Shown: positions 1 to 9,110, counted from the stretch's first letter. The stretch is DNA of 64,000 nt from Caulobacteraceae bacterium (GCA_965284635.1 OZ260097.1:2566374-2630373); one strand, 5' to 3'. Notes: generated by a model not told the origin, from the sequence alone. A program made the numbers and translations.

Positions 1-2
1 TC

Positions 3-245
3 GACTTCGTCCTGACCCGTCTGACGGTGATCGGGGCGGCCTATATCGCCGCCGTCTGTCTGATCCCGGAAGCGCTGACCACCTTCATGGGCAGTCCGGC
101 GCAGACCCGCGCCCTGGGCGGCACCTCGATCCTGATCGTCGTGTCGGTGACCATGGACACGGTGGCGCAGATCCAGTCGCACCTGCTGGCGCACCAGTAC
201 GAGGGGCTGATCAAGAAGTCTAAACTGCGGGGTGGTCGTAAGTAG
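3..245 (+). CDS. secY: Preprotein translocase SecY, 3' end (5' part outside window)
   Basis: Frame open from window start; DFVLTRLTVIGAAY...GGTSILIVVSVTMD...YEGL is the SecY C-terminus; lies upstream of adk as in the spc operon. Confidence 0.96.
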   Translation, partial: DFVLTRLTVIGAAYIAAVCLIPEALTTFMGSPAQTRALGGTSILIVVSVTMDTVAQIQSHLLAHQYEGLIKKSKLRGGRK

Positions 246-299
246 ACCGCGAGTTCGGAAGGCGTCCCGGCGCAAGATCGGGGCGAGGGGAGACTTCGG

Positions 300-866
300 A
301 TGAATCTGATCCTGTTCGGCCCGCCAGGGTGCGGCAAGGGCACCCAGGCCAAGCGTCTTGTTGAAGAGCGCGGCATGGTCCAGCTCTCGACGGGCGACAT
401 GCTGCGGGCGGCCATCGCCTCGGGCTCCGATCTCGGAGAGCGGGTCAAGGGCGTGCTGGCGCGGGGCGACCTGGTCTCGGACGAGATCGTCATCGCCCTG
501 ATCGAGGAACGTCTGCCGGAGGCGGAAGCCGCGGGCGGGGCCATCTTCGATGGTTTCCCGCGCACCGTGGCCCAGGCCGAGGCGCTCGATTCGATGCTGG
601 CCGGTCGCGGCCAGAAGATCGATGTCGTGCTGCGGCTGCTGGTCGATGAGTCGGTCCTGCTGGAGCGGGTCACCGGCCGATTCGAACAACAGGGCCGTCC
701 GGACGACAACCCTGAGACCTTCAAGACCCGCCTGGGCGCCTACAATGCCCAGACGGCCCCGCTGCTGCCCTACTACGAAGGGCAGGGGAAACTTGCAGCC
801 GTTGACGGCATGGGCACGATGGAAGCGGTTTCCGCCGCCATCGCCGCCGCGCTGAAGACGATCTGA
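300..866 (+). CDS. adk: Adenylate kinase (short LID type)
   Basis: GPPGCGKGTQA P-loop, STGDMLR, DGFPRT motifs; position secY-adk-rpsM. Confidence 0.97.
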   Translation: MNLILFGPPGCGKGTQAKRLVEERGMVQLSTGDMLRAAIASGSDLGERVKGVLARGDLVSDEIVIALIEERLPEAEAAGGAIFDGFPRTVAQAEALDSMLAGRGQKIDVVLRLLVDESVLLERVTGRFEQQGRPDDNPETFKTRLGAYNAQTAPLLPYYEGQGKLAAVDGMGTMEAVSAAIAAALKTI

Positions 867-905
867 TGACTGGCCGGATAGGTTGAAAATCAACCGTATC
901 CGGCA

Positions 906-933
906 TTGACGGCGGCGCACCGATCCCTATAAC
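906..933 (+). promoter_or_regulatory. Sigma70-type promoter of the rpsM (alpha) operon
   Basis: TTGACG (906-911), 16-bp spacer, TATAAC (928-933) in the adk-rpsM intergenic region. Confidence 0.65.
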
Positions 934-1056
934 GGTGCGCTTCCGCGAAAGGCGCGACTCCCGCGTCGGCTCGAAGTGCAAGCTTAGAGCCGGTGTGATG
1001 GTCGCGTTCCGTTTTGCGCGTGCGTCCTACAGGGCGCGACAAAAGAGAGATTAGAC

Positions 1057-1425
1057 GTGGCCCGTATCGCAGGCGTCAATATTCCGACGAACAAGCGCGT
1101 AGTGATCGCGCTTCAGTACATTCATGGCATCGGCCAGAAGTCCGCCAAGGACATCGTCACCCGCGTGGGTATCGACGATGCGCGCCGGGTGAACCAGCTG
1201 ACCGACGCCGAGGTCCTCCAGATCCGTGAAGCGATCGACAAGGACTTCACCGTCGAGGGCGACCTGCGCCGCGAGACGTCGACCAACATCAAGCGTCTGA
1301 TGGACCTGGCCTGCTACCGCGGCCTGCGTCACCGCAAGGGCCTCCCGGTCCGCGGTCAGCGCACGCACACGAACGCCCGCACCCGCAAGGGTCCGGCCAA
1401 GCCGATCGCCGGCAAGAAGAAGTAA
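1057..1425 (+). CDS. rpsM: 30S ribosomal protein S13
   Basis: ARIAGVNIP...[26 protein letters not shown]. Confidence 0.99.
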   Translation: MARIAGVNIPTNKRVVIALQYIHGIGQKSAKDIVTRVGIDDARRVNQLTDAEVLQIREAIDKDFTVEGDLRRETSTNIKRLMDLACYRGLRHRKGLPVRGQRTHTNARTRKGPAKPIAGKKK

Positions 1426-1437
1426 GAGAGAGCCTCG

Positions 1438-1827
1438 ATGGCCAAGGAACCGGCTCGCGTAAAGAAGCGCGAACGCAAGAACATCACCTCGGGCGTGGCG
1501 CACGTGAACGCCTCGTTCAACAACACCATGATCACGATCACCGACGCGCAGGGCAATACGATCTCCTGGTCGAGCGCCGGCGCCATGGGCTTCAAGGGTT
1601 CGCGCAAGTCGACCCCTTACGCCGCCCAGATGGCCGCCGAAGACGCCGGCAAGAAGGCCGCCGAGCACGGTGTGAAGACTCTGGAAGTGAACGTCTCCGG
1701 TCCGGGTTCGGGTCGTGAGTCGGCCCTGCGCGCGCTGCAGGCCGCCGGCATGACGATCACGACCATTCGTGATGTGACCCCGATTCCGCACAACGGCTGC
1801 CGGCCGCCGAAGCGTCGGCGAGTCTGA
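1438..1827 (+). CDS. rpsK: 30S ribosomal protein S11
   Basis: [12 protein letters not shown]...KSTPYAAQ...[18 protein letters not shown]. Confidence 0.99.
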   Translation: MAKEPARVKKRERKNITSGVAHVNASFNNTMITITDAQGNTISWSSAGAMGFKGSRKSTPYAAQMAAEDAGKKAAEHGVKTLEVNVSGPGSGRESALRALQAAGMTITTIRDVTPIPHNGCRPPKRRRV

Positions 1828-1903
1828 GTTCTATTAGCCGACCCTCCCGTCGCCGGCCGTGCGTTTCGCGGCCGGCGAATACGCGTTCCAAGGACATCCG
1901 CCC

Positions 1904-2920
1904 GTGATCGAAAGAAACTGGAACGAGCTCATTCGCCCCGAAAAGCCGATGATCGAGACCGGCGCCGACGCCAGCCGCAAGGCTCGCATCGTCGCGGAAC
2001 CCCTCGAACGTGGTTTCGGTGTGACGCTCGGCAACGCGCTGCGGCGCGTTCTGCTCTCCTCCCTGCAAGGCGCGGCCGTGACCGCCGTCCAGATCGACGG
2101 CGTGGTTCACGAGTTCTCCTCGCTGGAAGGCGTTCGTGAGGACGTCGTCGACATCGTCCTCAACATCAAGCAACTGGCCCTGCGGATGCACTCCGAAGGC
2201 CCCAAGCGCATGACCCTGCGGGCTACCGGCCCCGGCGTCGTGACGGCCGGCCAGATCGAAGTCCCGTCGGACATCGAGATCCTCAACCCCGACCACGTGC
2301 TCTGCACCCTGGACGACGGCGCCAACGTGCGCATGGAGTTCACGGTCAACAACGGCAAGGGCTACGTCCCGTCGGAGCAGAACCGTCCGGAAGACGCGCC
2401 GATCGGCCTGATCGCCGTCGACGCCCTGTACTCGCCGGTCAAGCGCGTCGCCTATCGCGTCGAGCCGACCCGTCAGGGTCAGTCGCTCGACTATGACAAG
2501 CTGGTGCTGGAAGTCGAAACCAACGGCGCCGTCGGTCCCGTGGACGCGGTGGCCTACGCCGCCCGCATCCTGCAGGACCAGCTGCAGATCTTCATCACCT
2601 TCGAAGAGCCCAAGGCCAAGACCGACGGCGAAGCGAAGCCGGAGCTTCCGTTCAACCCGGCCCTGCTGAAGAAGGTCGACGAGCTCGAGCTGTCGGTCCG
2701 TTCGGCCAACTGCCTGAAGAACGACAACATCGTCTACATCGGCGACCTGATCCAGAAGACGGAAGCGGAAATGCTCCGCACCCCGAACTTCGGCCGCAAG
2801 TCGCTGAACGAGATCAAGGAAGTGCTCGCGGGCATGAACCTGCATCTCGGCATGGACGTGCCCAACTGGCCGCCGGAAAACATCGAAGACCTGGCCAAGA
2901 AGTTCGAAGACCAGATCTAG
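1904..2920 (+). CDS. rpoA: DNA-directed RNA polymerase subunit alpha
   Basis: [22 protein letters not shown] and alpha-[13 protein letters not shown]...[11 protein letters not shown]; GTG start at 1904 chosen because AAGGA lies just upstream. Confidence 0.98.
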   Translation: MIERNWNELIRPEKPMIETGADASRKARIVAEPLERGFGVTLGNALRRVLLSSLQGAAVTAVQIDGVVHEFSSLEGVREDVVDIVLNIKQLALRMHSEGPKRMTLRATGPGVVTAGQIEVPSDIEILNPDHVLCTLDDGANVRMEFTVNNGKGYVPSEQNRPEDAPIGLIAVDALYSPVKRVAYRVEPTRQGQSLDYDKLVLEVETNGAVGPVDAVAYAARILQDQLQIFITFEEPKAKTDGEAKPELPFNPALLKKVDELELSVRSANCLKNDNIVYIGDLIQKTEAEMLRTPNFGRKSLNEIKEVLAGMNLHLGMDVPNWPPENIEDLAKKFEDQI

Positions 2921-3083
2921 TTCGCTTACCTCGCGCTATCTCCCGGATCGCCTGAAAGGGCGGTTCGGGGCCTTGAGACGCCGCAACAGCGGTCGAGGGC
3001 CCCGGCGCTTCGTTCTGACCCAGGCGGGAAACAGGCTGGGATGGGTGACAACACTGCGGGCCTGAGGCCCAGGAGAGACCAAC

Positions 3084-3494
3084 ATGCGTCACGGTAAAGC
3101 ACACCGTAAACTGGGTCGTACGACCGCTCACCGGATGGCGATGTTCGCCAACATGTCGGCGAGCCTGATCAAGCACGAGCAGATCGTCACCACGCTGCCC
3201 AAGGCCAAGGAACTGCGCCCGATCGTCGAGAAGCTGATCACGCTGGGCAAGCGCGGCGACCTGCACGCCCGTCGCCAAGCCATCAGCCAGGTTCGCGACA
3301 TCGAACAGGTCGGCAAGCTCTTCGCCGTCCTCGGCCCGCGCTACAAGGCCCGCAACGGCGGCTACATCCGCGTGCTGAAGGCCGGCTTCCGCCACGGCGA
3401 CAACGCCGCCATGGCGATCATCGAATTCGTCGACCGCGACCCCGCCGAAAAGGGCAAGGACTCCGGTCCGGTCCAGACCTTCGGCGAAGACTGA
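3084..3494 (+). CDS. rplQ: 50S ribosomal protein L17
   Basis: [13 protein letters not shown]...[10 protein letters not shown]...RNGGYIR; follows rpoA. Confidence 0.99.
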   Translation: MRHGKAHRKLGRTTAHRMAMFANMSASLIKHEQIVTTLPKAKELRPIVEKLITLGKRGDLHARRQAISQVRDIEQVGKLFAVLGPRYKARNGGYIRVLKAGFRHGDNAAMAIIEFVDRDPAEKGKDSGPVQTFGED

Positions 3495-3521
3495 TCGTCG
3501 CGTCGACAGACTGAGACACTG

Positions 3522-3550
3522 AAAGGTCCCGGAGCGATCCGGGGCCTTTT
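3522..3550 (+). terminator. Intrinsic terminator of the alpha operon (probably bidirectional)
   Basis: AAAGGTCCCGGA-GCGA-TCCGGGGCCTTTT hairpin followed by a T tract. Confidence 0.85.
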
Positions 3551-3573
3551 GCTTTGGGGCTGCCCGTCTGGGG

Positions 3574-3601
3574 CGCGCGGTGATTGGGCCACAAGCGGCC
3601 C
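3574..3601 (+). repeat. Degenerate (right-half) copy of the 28-bp island palindrome at the island's left edge
   Basis: ATTGGGCCACAAGCGGCCC matches the right 19 nt of the consensus (AATGGGTCGAAAGCGGACA) at 13/19; left arm not conserved. Confidence 0.35.
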
Positions 3602-3757
3602 AGATCTCATGGCGAGAGGATCGCCGGTCTCTCCAGCCTGCTCAAGGGGCCCGAAGGCCCACGTCGGCGGACCAGGCTGGATGGACCGGCACGCTGGCCT
3701 GCAAGAGATCGACGGCGGGGTGTCGACCGGGGGACATGCACTTCAGGGCGTGTCCCC
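3585..3757 (-). ncRNA. Candidate structured RNA of unknown class
   Basis: Nested perfect helices 3603-3608/3705-3710, 3623-3629/3684-3690, 3633-3640/3673-3680, 3647-3651/3656-3660 (loop reads UUCG on the minus strand), plus flanking hairpins 3585-3602 and 3730-3757; no convincing ORF. Confidence 0.45.
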
Positions 3758-3814
3758 GACAGCTTGGAAGCGGCCGCCTTGAGCGTCCACTGAGGGTGGT
3801 GAGCGGAACTCCAT

Positions 3815-4054
3815 CTACGGCCCGAATCCGGCTTCGCCCCTTGTGGAGGGGGCGTGCGTGGCCAGGCGCGACGAGAACTTCGCCGCCAACAAGCTATGGC
3901 CCAGTGACATCAGCAGGCTTTCCCGCATGCAGATGTCGCGATGCTTCCGGTGCAAGACACCAGGATCAAGCACCGGCATCGCGACGACGAGGGCGAGGAA
4001 GCTCGCCCACATCCAGATCGGCTTTGACAGAAAATCCTGCGTTGGAAGGTCCAT
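3815..4054 (-). pseudogene. TerC/Alx-family membrane protein, N-terminal fragment only
   Basis: FLSKPIWMWASFLALVVAMPVLDPGVLHRK...RESLLMSLG resembles the TerC/Alx N-terminus (DLGVLH...ESL); similarity is lost after ~55 aa and the ORF stops at 79 aa. Confidence 0.7.
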
Positions 4055-4079
4055 GCAGGCTCCTGTGCGCGTCGGGTGG

Positions 4080-4268
4080 TCAGACGCGAATGTCGAACGT
4101 GTGGGGGCTCACGCGACGCAAGGTCGTGTTGGCTTGGACGGTGTTGGCCGGTTCGACAGGGCGCTCGGTCGAAACACTGCGGTTACCCGCGGCCTGGCTG
4201 ACGGTTTGGCTGAGCTGGGCGGACAAGGTGGCGGCCCAGGGAGATACGAGGGGAGGCCCGATCCTCAT
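4080..4268 (-). CDS. Small hypothetical protein (62 aa)
   Basis: ATG overlaps the terB stop (ATGA coupling); lies between terB and the terC fragment. Confidence 0.4.
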   Translation of the reverse strand: MRIGPPLVSPWAATLSAQLSQTVSQAAGNRSVSTERPVEPANTVQANTTLRRVSPHTFDIRV

Positions 4269-4735
4269 GGCGCACGACCTTGATCCGCCATGATGTCGAA
4301 GGCGGCGGGGGCAAGTTCCAACAGTTCGCAAAGTCGCAGGACGACATCGCGCTCTTCTGAGTCGAAACCGCCGTCGGCCTCGGCGACCGCGCAGGCGGTC
4401 TCGACCAGCAGCCGTGCGGGGCCCGGTCGTCCAGCGAGACGTTGAACCGCGGTCTCGGCCGCCGCGACGCCATCGTCGAGATCTCGATCGAAGCGTTCGT
4501 TGAGAGTCTCGAAGCCCAGCAGAACTTCCTGAACGCCAAACACCGCCACAGCAGGCGATCTGCGCATGCGTTCGATCATGCGCTGGCGTTCTTCCGCCCT
4601 GACCCAACCATCGGCCTGGGCCACGAGGGCGCAGGCGGCGATGAGCGCGTCCATCTCGATCTCGTCGCCTGGGGTCCAGACGTCGATCGGCGAGATGGCG
4701 GGTGGGGTCCGGTGTTTTTGAGTGGCAAACGTCAT
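4265..4735 (-). CDS. TerB-family (tellurite resistance) protein
   Basis: AACALVAQADGWVRAEE and AVAEADGGFDSEERDVV duplicated ADG-x-EE motifs; AGGAGG RBS upstream. Confidence 0.85.
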   Translation of the reverse strand: MTFATQKHRTPPAISPIDVWTPGDEIEMDALIAACALVAQADGWVRAEERQRMIERMRRSPAVAVFGVQEVLLGFETLNERFDRDLDDGVAAAETAVQRLAGRPGPARLLVETACAVAEADGGFDSEERDVVLRLCELLELAPAAFDIMADQGRAP

Positions 4736-4776
4736 TGGCGCCTCCTGAGCGGTTCAGACTGTTGATGGATCGTTGG

Positions 4777-4995
4777 TTAGCGTCTGCGCGACCCGGCCGG
4801 CTGAAGGGCGAGGTCGCGGCCCCACATCGAGGGGGGCAGCGCCGGCTGTCCGCTGAACTGCCAAAGCCCGGCGCCCGGAGACTTGTCTTGCCGGGAAGCG
4901 CGAACCGCGTGGCGGTCGCGCCTGACGTTGGGGGGCGTGAGGACCGCCTGCACCAGCAGGCGAAGGTGACGTAGACGCGCACGTATGATGGACAT
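4777..4995 (-). CDS. Small hypothetical protein (72 aa)
   Basis: AAGGAG RBS upstream of the ATG; first gene of the putative ter operon. Confidence 0.45.
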   Translation of the reverse strand: MSIIRARLRHLRLLVQAVLTPPNVRRDRHAVRASRQDKSPGAGLWQFSGQPALPPSMWGRDLALQPAGSRRR

Positions 4996-5180
4996 TTTAG
5001 AGCCGCTCCTTCTCGAGGAGGGCGCGCTCGACGCTAAGGCGCCGGTGTTCGAAGGGGGGGGGAGAGAAGCCGGACCCCATCATCGAGCGCACCCGATGCG
5101 ATCCGACATCACGATCACAGAGATCGTCAGAGGGGCCCGGGCCGCCGATTCAACATGCCTGCGACGCTTTTCTGTCGCCA

Positions 5181-5195
5181 ATCAGAAATGATGAT
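5181..5195. promoter_or_regulatory. LysR-type box upstream of the small ORF-terB-terC unit
   Basis: ATCAGAAATGATGAT = ATC-N9-GAT (contains T-N11-A). Confidence 0.5.
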
Positions 5196-5213
5196 GGGTC
5201 CCATAAGCGCCGA

Positions 5214-6083
5214 TCATGCCCGGATCGGACCCCGTTCCAGCGCCCGCAAGACCTCCTGCGCAAGAAGGCCGGCCGGCCCGCCAGCGCCCCGGGCGGAAAC
5301 CAGGGCGATCTCGCTGTCGGCCAGGGTGGGGAGTGGATGCCCCAGCACGGCCAGGTCGCGGGGGGCCATGGCGGCGGGAAGCACGCCGACGCCGAGGCCG
5401 GCGCGCAGGGCCGCCATCTGTCCAGCGAGACTCGGCGAGGTGAAGGCCGGGCGGAAGGCGATGCCGGCGTTCGACAGCGCGCCGAGGGCGCCGTTTTCGA
5501 TAGATGTCCAGGGCCGGCGCGATGATCAGCGGCAGCGACGCCCCTCGCTGATCGAAGCGTCGAGCGCCACCCAAACCAAAGGCTCGCTCCAGACCCGCAC
5601 GCCCAGTTCTGGCCCGACGGGCTCGCGTTTGATCAGCGCCAGATCAAGCATGCCGCGCGACATCTGGTCGAGCAGATTGGCGGTGTAGTCGCAGGTCACT
5701 GACAGCTTGATGCGCGAATGGCTGCGCGCGAAGGCCCCGAGGATCCCCGGAAGATGCATGGTCGCGATGTCCTCCGGGGCGCCGAACCGAACCTCGCCCT
5801 CCAGATCCCCGTCCCCCAACGTCGAGACGATCTCGTCGTTCAGCCGCAACAGTCTGCGAGCCTGCGGCAGCAGCGCCGCGCCCTCCGTCGTCAGAGCGAC
5901 GCCCTTGCCCCCCCGATCGAACAGCGGCGACCGCAACTGGTCTTCCAGCCGGCGGACTTGCAGGCTGACGGCTGGCTGGGTCCGGCCAAGCAAAGCCGCC
6001 GTGCGCGTGAAGCTGCCGGTTTCGACGACCGTCACAAAGGCGCGGAGCAGGTCGATGTCGAGGTTGACCAGCCGATCACCCAT
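5214..6083 (-). pseudogene. LysR-family regulator disrupted by two compensating indels and an internal stop
   Basis: N-terminal HTH (LDIDLLRAFVTVVETGSFTRTAALLGRTQPAVSLQVRRLE); -1 shift near 5541 and +1 shift near 5491 with TGA at 5526-5528 between them; C-terminal LysR sequence resumes in the original frame to 5214. Confidence 0.85.
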
Positions 6084-6113
6084 ATCATTAGCGTCCCTTA
6101 TGGCCTGCATCAC

Positions 6114-6128
6114 ATCAATAAACTGGAT
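6114..6128. promoter_or_regulatory. LysR-type box between lysR and sbtA
   Basis: ATCAATAAACTGGAT = ATC-N9-GAT in the divergent promoter region. Confidence 0.55.
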
Positions 6129-6180
6129 AGCCGCACCGGTCGAGGTCATTCGGACCGTCCTTCAGCGGAACGGTTTACCC

Positions 6181-7155
6181 ATGCCTGACTTCTCCACCAG
6201 CCTGACCCTTCTGACGTCGCCGGCCATTCTGTTCTTCTTCGTCGGTGCAGCGGCGGCGTTCGCGCGATCGGACCTGGCCATTCCCGAGCCTGTCGCCAAG
6301 GGCCTGTCGCTCTACCTGATGCTTTGCATCGGCTTCAAAGGCGGCGTGGAGGCGCGCGCCGCGGGCTTCAACGGGGACTTCCTGGCGGCGGCTGCGATTG
6401 GCATCGCCCTCAGCGCCCTCATGCCCCTGGCCGCCTACCTGATCCTCAAGCGCATTCCGAGGCTCGACCGCCCGACCATTTGCGCGCTGGCTGCGACCTA
6501 CGGGTCCGTCTCGGTCGTTACCTTTGCTGCGGGCCAGCAGCATCTCGCGGCCGCCGGTCTTGCCTCCGGCGGCTATATGGCGGCTGTGCTCGCACTGATG
6601 GAAACGCCCGCCATCCTCACGGCGCTGCTTCTGCTGAACGGAGTGGGGCGTGGCGAGCCGGGTCGGCGCAGAACCATCCTGAGGGAGGTGTTCGTGGGCG
6701 CGGCGTCCGTGATGCTGCTGGGCAGCTTCTTGGTGGGAGCGATCTCCGGAGAGGCGGGCATGAAGCGGCTGGACCTGTTCGTCGGGCCGCTGTTCCAGGG
6801 CGCCCTGTGCTTCTTCCTGCTCGACATCGGCCTGATCGCCGCCCGCCGTCTGATGGAAGGCGGGCGCAAGTTGACGCCGGGCGTCATCGCCTTCGCACTG
6901 GGCTTTCCCTTGCTCTCGGCGGGCGTCGCGCTGGGGCTGGCGCTGATCGTGGGGCTGCAGGCCGGTGATGCCGCGCTCCTGACCATTCTCGCGGGCTCGG
7001 CATCCTACATCGCCGTTCCGGCGGCCATGCGGCTAGCCGCCCCTGACGCCGACGCCGGCGTGTTCGTGACGGCGTCCCTCGCGATCACCTTCCCGTTCAA
7101 CCTCACCCTCGGCATTGCACTCTACACTGCTGCAGCGGTCTGGCTGTCGGCCTGA
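6181..7155 (+). CDS. SbtA-like sodium-dependent bicarbonate transport family permease
   Basis: About 10 hydrophobic helices; SDLAIPEPVAKGLSLYLMLCIGFKGG, YGSVSVVTF, SASYIAVPAAMR, ITFPFN motifs; ATG at 6181. Confidence 0.88.
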   Translation: MPDFSTSLTLLTSPAILFFFVGAAAAFARSDLAIPEPVAKGLSLYLMLCIGFKGGVEARAAGFNGDFLAAAAIGIALSALMPLAAYLILKRIPRLDRPTICALAATYGSVSVVTFAAGQQHLAAAGLASGGYMAAVLALMETPAILTALLLLNGVGRGEPGRRRTILREVFVGAASVMLLGSFLVGAISGEAGMKRLDLFVGPLFQGALCFFLLDIGLIAARRLMEGGRKLTPGVIAFALGFPLLSAGVALGLALIVGLQAGDAALLTILAGSASYIAVPAAMRLAAPDADAGVFVTASLAITFPFNLTLGIALYTAAAVWLSA

Positions 7156-7221
7156 CACGCAGCGGGGACGGGCGCCCAGCGTGCCTTCAGACACAAGAGG
7201 CCGACCACACTGGCTACAGCG

Positions 7222-7249
7222 AATGTCTTCAATGGTTCGAAGGCGGACA
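7222..7249 (+). repeat. 28-bp island palindrome copy
   Basis: AATGTCTTCAATGGTTCGAAGGCGGACA. Confidence 0.7.
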
Positions 7250-7308
7250 CAGGCATAGGTCGCCCGAGCGAATGAAGAAGCGGACCCGTATCGCTTTGAG
7301 CGTCGCCC

Positions 7309-7947
7309 TTAGCGGCCTGGAGCACGCGCCAACGCCGCCGTTGCGGGCGGCTGGGCGGCGCAGAGAGGGCGGAGGTCTTCGGCCAGATCGTCGAGGGCGA
7401 GGGCGAAGACGGCGTTGGCGTGGTCGTTGAACTCCTTGGCGGAGCCCCACATGTTCACCCCCGTCTTGTCGCCACGATAGACCGCTTCCGGTCCGGCCGG
7501 CGCGCCTGGAGCCGCCAGGACGCCGCGCAGGACGACGCTGCCGACCTTGTTCATCTGTAGGGTGCTGATCCAGATCACCTGAATCCGGATGCGGGCCGTG
7601 ACCATGGCGGGGTCGGGCGGGCCGCCGGCCGGCGCGAAGCTGGGCGTAAATCCGCGGGCCCTGAGGCCGACGTCAAACACCGAGCGCAGCCAGGCCTCGC
7701 GATCCTCCGGCGCACGAAGCGCGACGCCGAAGGCTCCCACGATCTGGGGGTCGCGGCGGGGGTCGGTGAGCGCGATCTGGACGGCGCAGCCGCCGGCGGT
7801 GGACGGGCGCGCGGAGTCTGCGGCGACCGCGGGCTCGACGTAGAGCGGTCCAAGGAGCTTGGCATCTCCGACCGCGGCGGTGGCAGAGCCGACGGTCAGC
7901 AGGTTCGCGGCCAACAGGGCGGCCCCGAAGAGGTGAGCGCTGTGCAT
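7309..7947 (-). CDS. Secreted hypothetical protein (weak YajG-like impression)
   Basis: Signal peptide MHSAHLFGAALLAANLLTVGSATA; starts 4 bp after the upstream gene's stop. Confidence 0.7.
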   Translation of the reverse strand: MHSAHLFGAALLAANLLTVGSATAAVGDAKLLGPLYVEPAVAADSARPSTAGGCAVQIALTDPRRDPQIVGAFGVALRAPEDREAWLRSVFDVGLRARGFTPSFAPAGGPPDPAMVTARIRIQVIWISTLQMNKVGSVVLRGVLAAPGAPAGPEAVYRGDKTGVNMWGSAKEFNDHANAVFALALDDLAEDLRPLCAAQPPATAALARAPGR

Positions 7948-7951
7948 GCCG

Positions 7952-8848
7952 CTAGTCCTGAAGTGTCTGGACATGAATGAGACCCACGGGGAGAGGGTTG
8001 AACAGCAGGCTTCCACCGGCGTCCTCCTCCATCGGCTTGCCGCCGAGGGAAGCGATGGTCTTGCGCTCGGCGGCGTTCAAGCTGGCCGCATCGGCGTCGG
8101 TGAGCGTCAGGGCCCGGGGAATGAGAGCGCCGACCTCGGTGAAGGCGAGGGTGAGCGCCTTCTTCGTCAGAGCGCTGTCGTTGGCCGCCCAGCGCTGGGC
8201 GTTCTCGGCTGGAGTGGTGGGATTGGCGAGGCGCACGACGCTGCTGACCCGCTGGCCGTAGACCAGATTCTTGTCGAAGAGCCGGGTGAAAGGTTGGCCC
8301 TTCTTGGCCTGCTCCCTGTTGGCGATGGCGATGCCGACGCTGACGTTCACCGACGAGAAGTCAGGGGCCATGTCGTAGACATAGGTGAAATAGACCACCT
8401 GGCTGGTGGGCGCAGCGGTCAGAAAGTCGCTTTTGCCAAAGATCGTGGCGTCGCGGGTGAAGGCGGGCTCCTGACCTTCCAGCCAGGGCATGGCGGCCAG
8501 GGCGGACCTTGTGCTGTCGATGGCCAGTTGGTCGGCGTCAAAGTCCATCAGGCTGCGGCGGATAGGGGTGATGCCGAGCTGGGCGCGCTGGGCGCGGTCG
8601 GCTCCGACCCCGGCCTCGATGAGCACCCCGACCGCGCCGCCGGCCACCATGGCGAAGCCAAGTGTGGAGTTGATGTTCGACCCAAGCTCAGCCTGGCCGA
8701 CGCTGACCTGGACGGCGCGGCCGCCGGCGACCGGGCGGGCTGCCTCCGGCAGGACGTACTTCAGAGGTTTCGGCGCGGCCTGCGCGGGCAGCGCGGCGCA
8801 CAACATCAAGACTGCGGCGCATACGCCGCGCAACTGCATCCGGATCAT
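7952..8848 (-). CDS. Secreted hypothetical protein
   Basis: Signal peptide MIRMQLRGVCAAVLMLCAALPAQA; glycine-rich hydrophobic segment GFAMVAGGAVGVLI; coding-like codon usage. Confidence 0.75.
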   Translation of the reverse strand: MIRMQLRGVCAAVLMLCAALPAQAAPKPLKYVLPEAARPVAGGRAVQVSVGQAELGSNINSTLGFAMVAGGAVGVLIEAGVGADRAQRAQLGITPIRRSLMDFDADQLAIDSTRSALAAMPWLEGQEPAFTRDATIFGKSDFLTAAPTSQVVYFTYVYDMAPDFSSVNVSVGIAIANREQAKKGQPFTRLFDKNLVYGQRVSSVVRLANPTTPAENAQRWAANDSALTKKALTLAFTEVGALIPRALTLTDADAASLNAAERKTIASLGGKPMEEDAGGSLLFNPLPVGLIHVQTLQD

Positions 8849-9026
8849 CAGCCCCCCAAGACTGGCATCAAGGTCAAGCTTGCTACCAGAGCGACCTGAT
8901 GAGCACAATTGTGGCGCGACGAGCGCCCCCTCTCGCATGGAGGGCGGTGCGCGGGCGCTCGTGTGGGTTGCGCATTCCGCGTCCATGCGATGGTCGACGT
9001 AGTGTCATCCTGGAGTTGACCTGGTG

Positions 9027-9054
9027 AGAGTCCGCAATGGGTCGAATGCGGACG
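9027..9054 (+). repeat. 28-bp island palindrome copy (best match to consensus)
   Basis: AGAGTCCGCAATGGGTCGAATGCGGACG. Confidence 0.75.
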
Positions 9055-9110
9055 TTGGGTCCCAGCCCGAAACCCGACATCGGCGTGATCGGCGACAAGC
9101 AGACATTCCG

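Noticed and set aside
3585-4080. yybP-ykoY (Mn) riboswitch associated with the terC fragment
   Set aside because: The conserved GGGGAGTAGC-like core is not present, and the structured element is 3' of terC rather than in its leader.
4080-4982. 300-aa minus-strand ORF spanning terB
   Set aside because: Arg-rich alternate frame over terB; only its last 62 codons (ATG 4268) have independent support.
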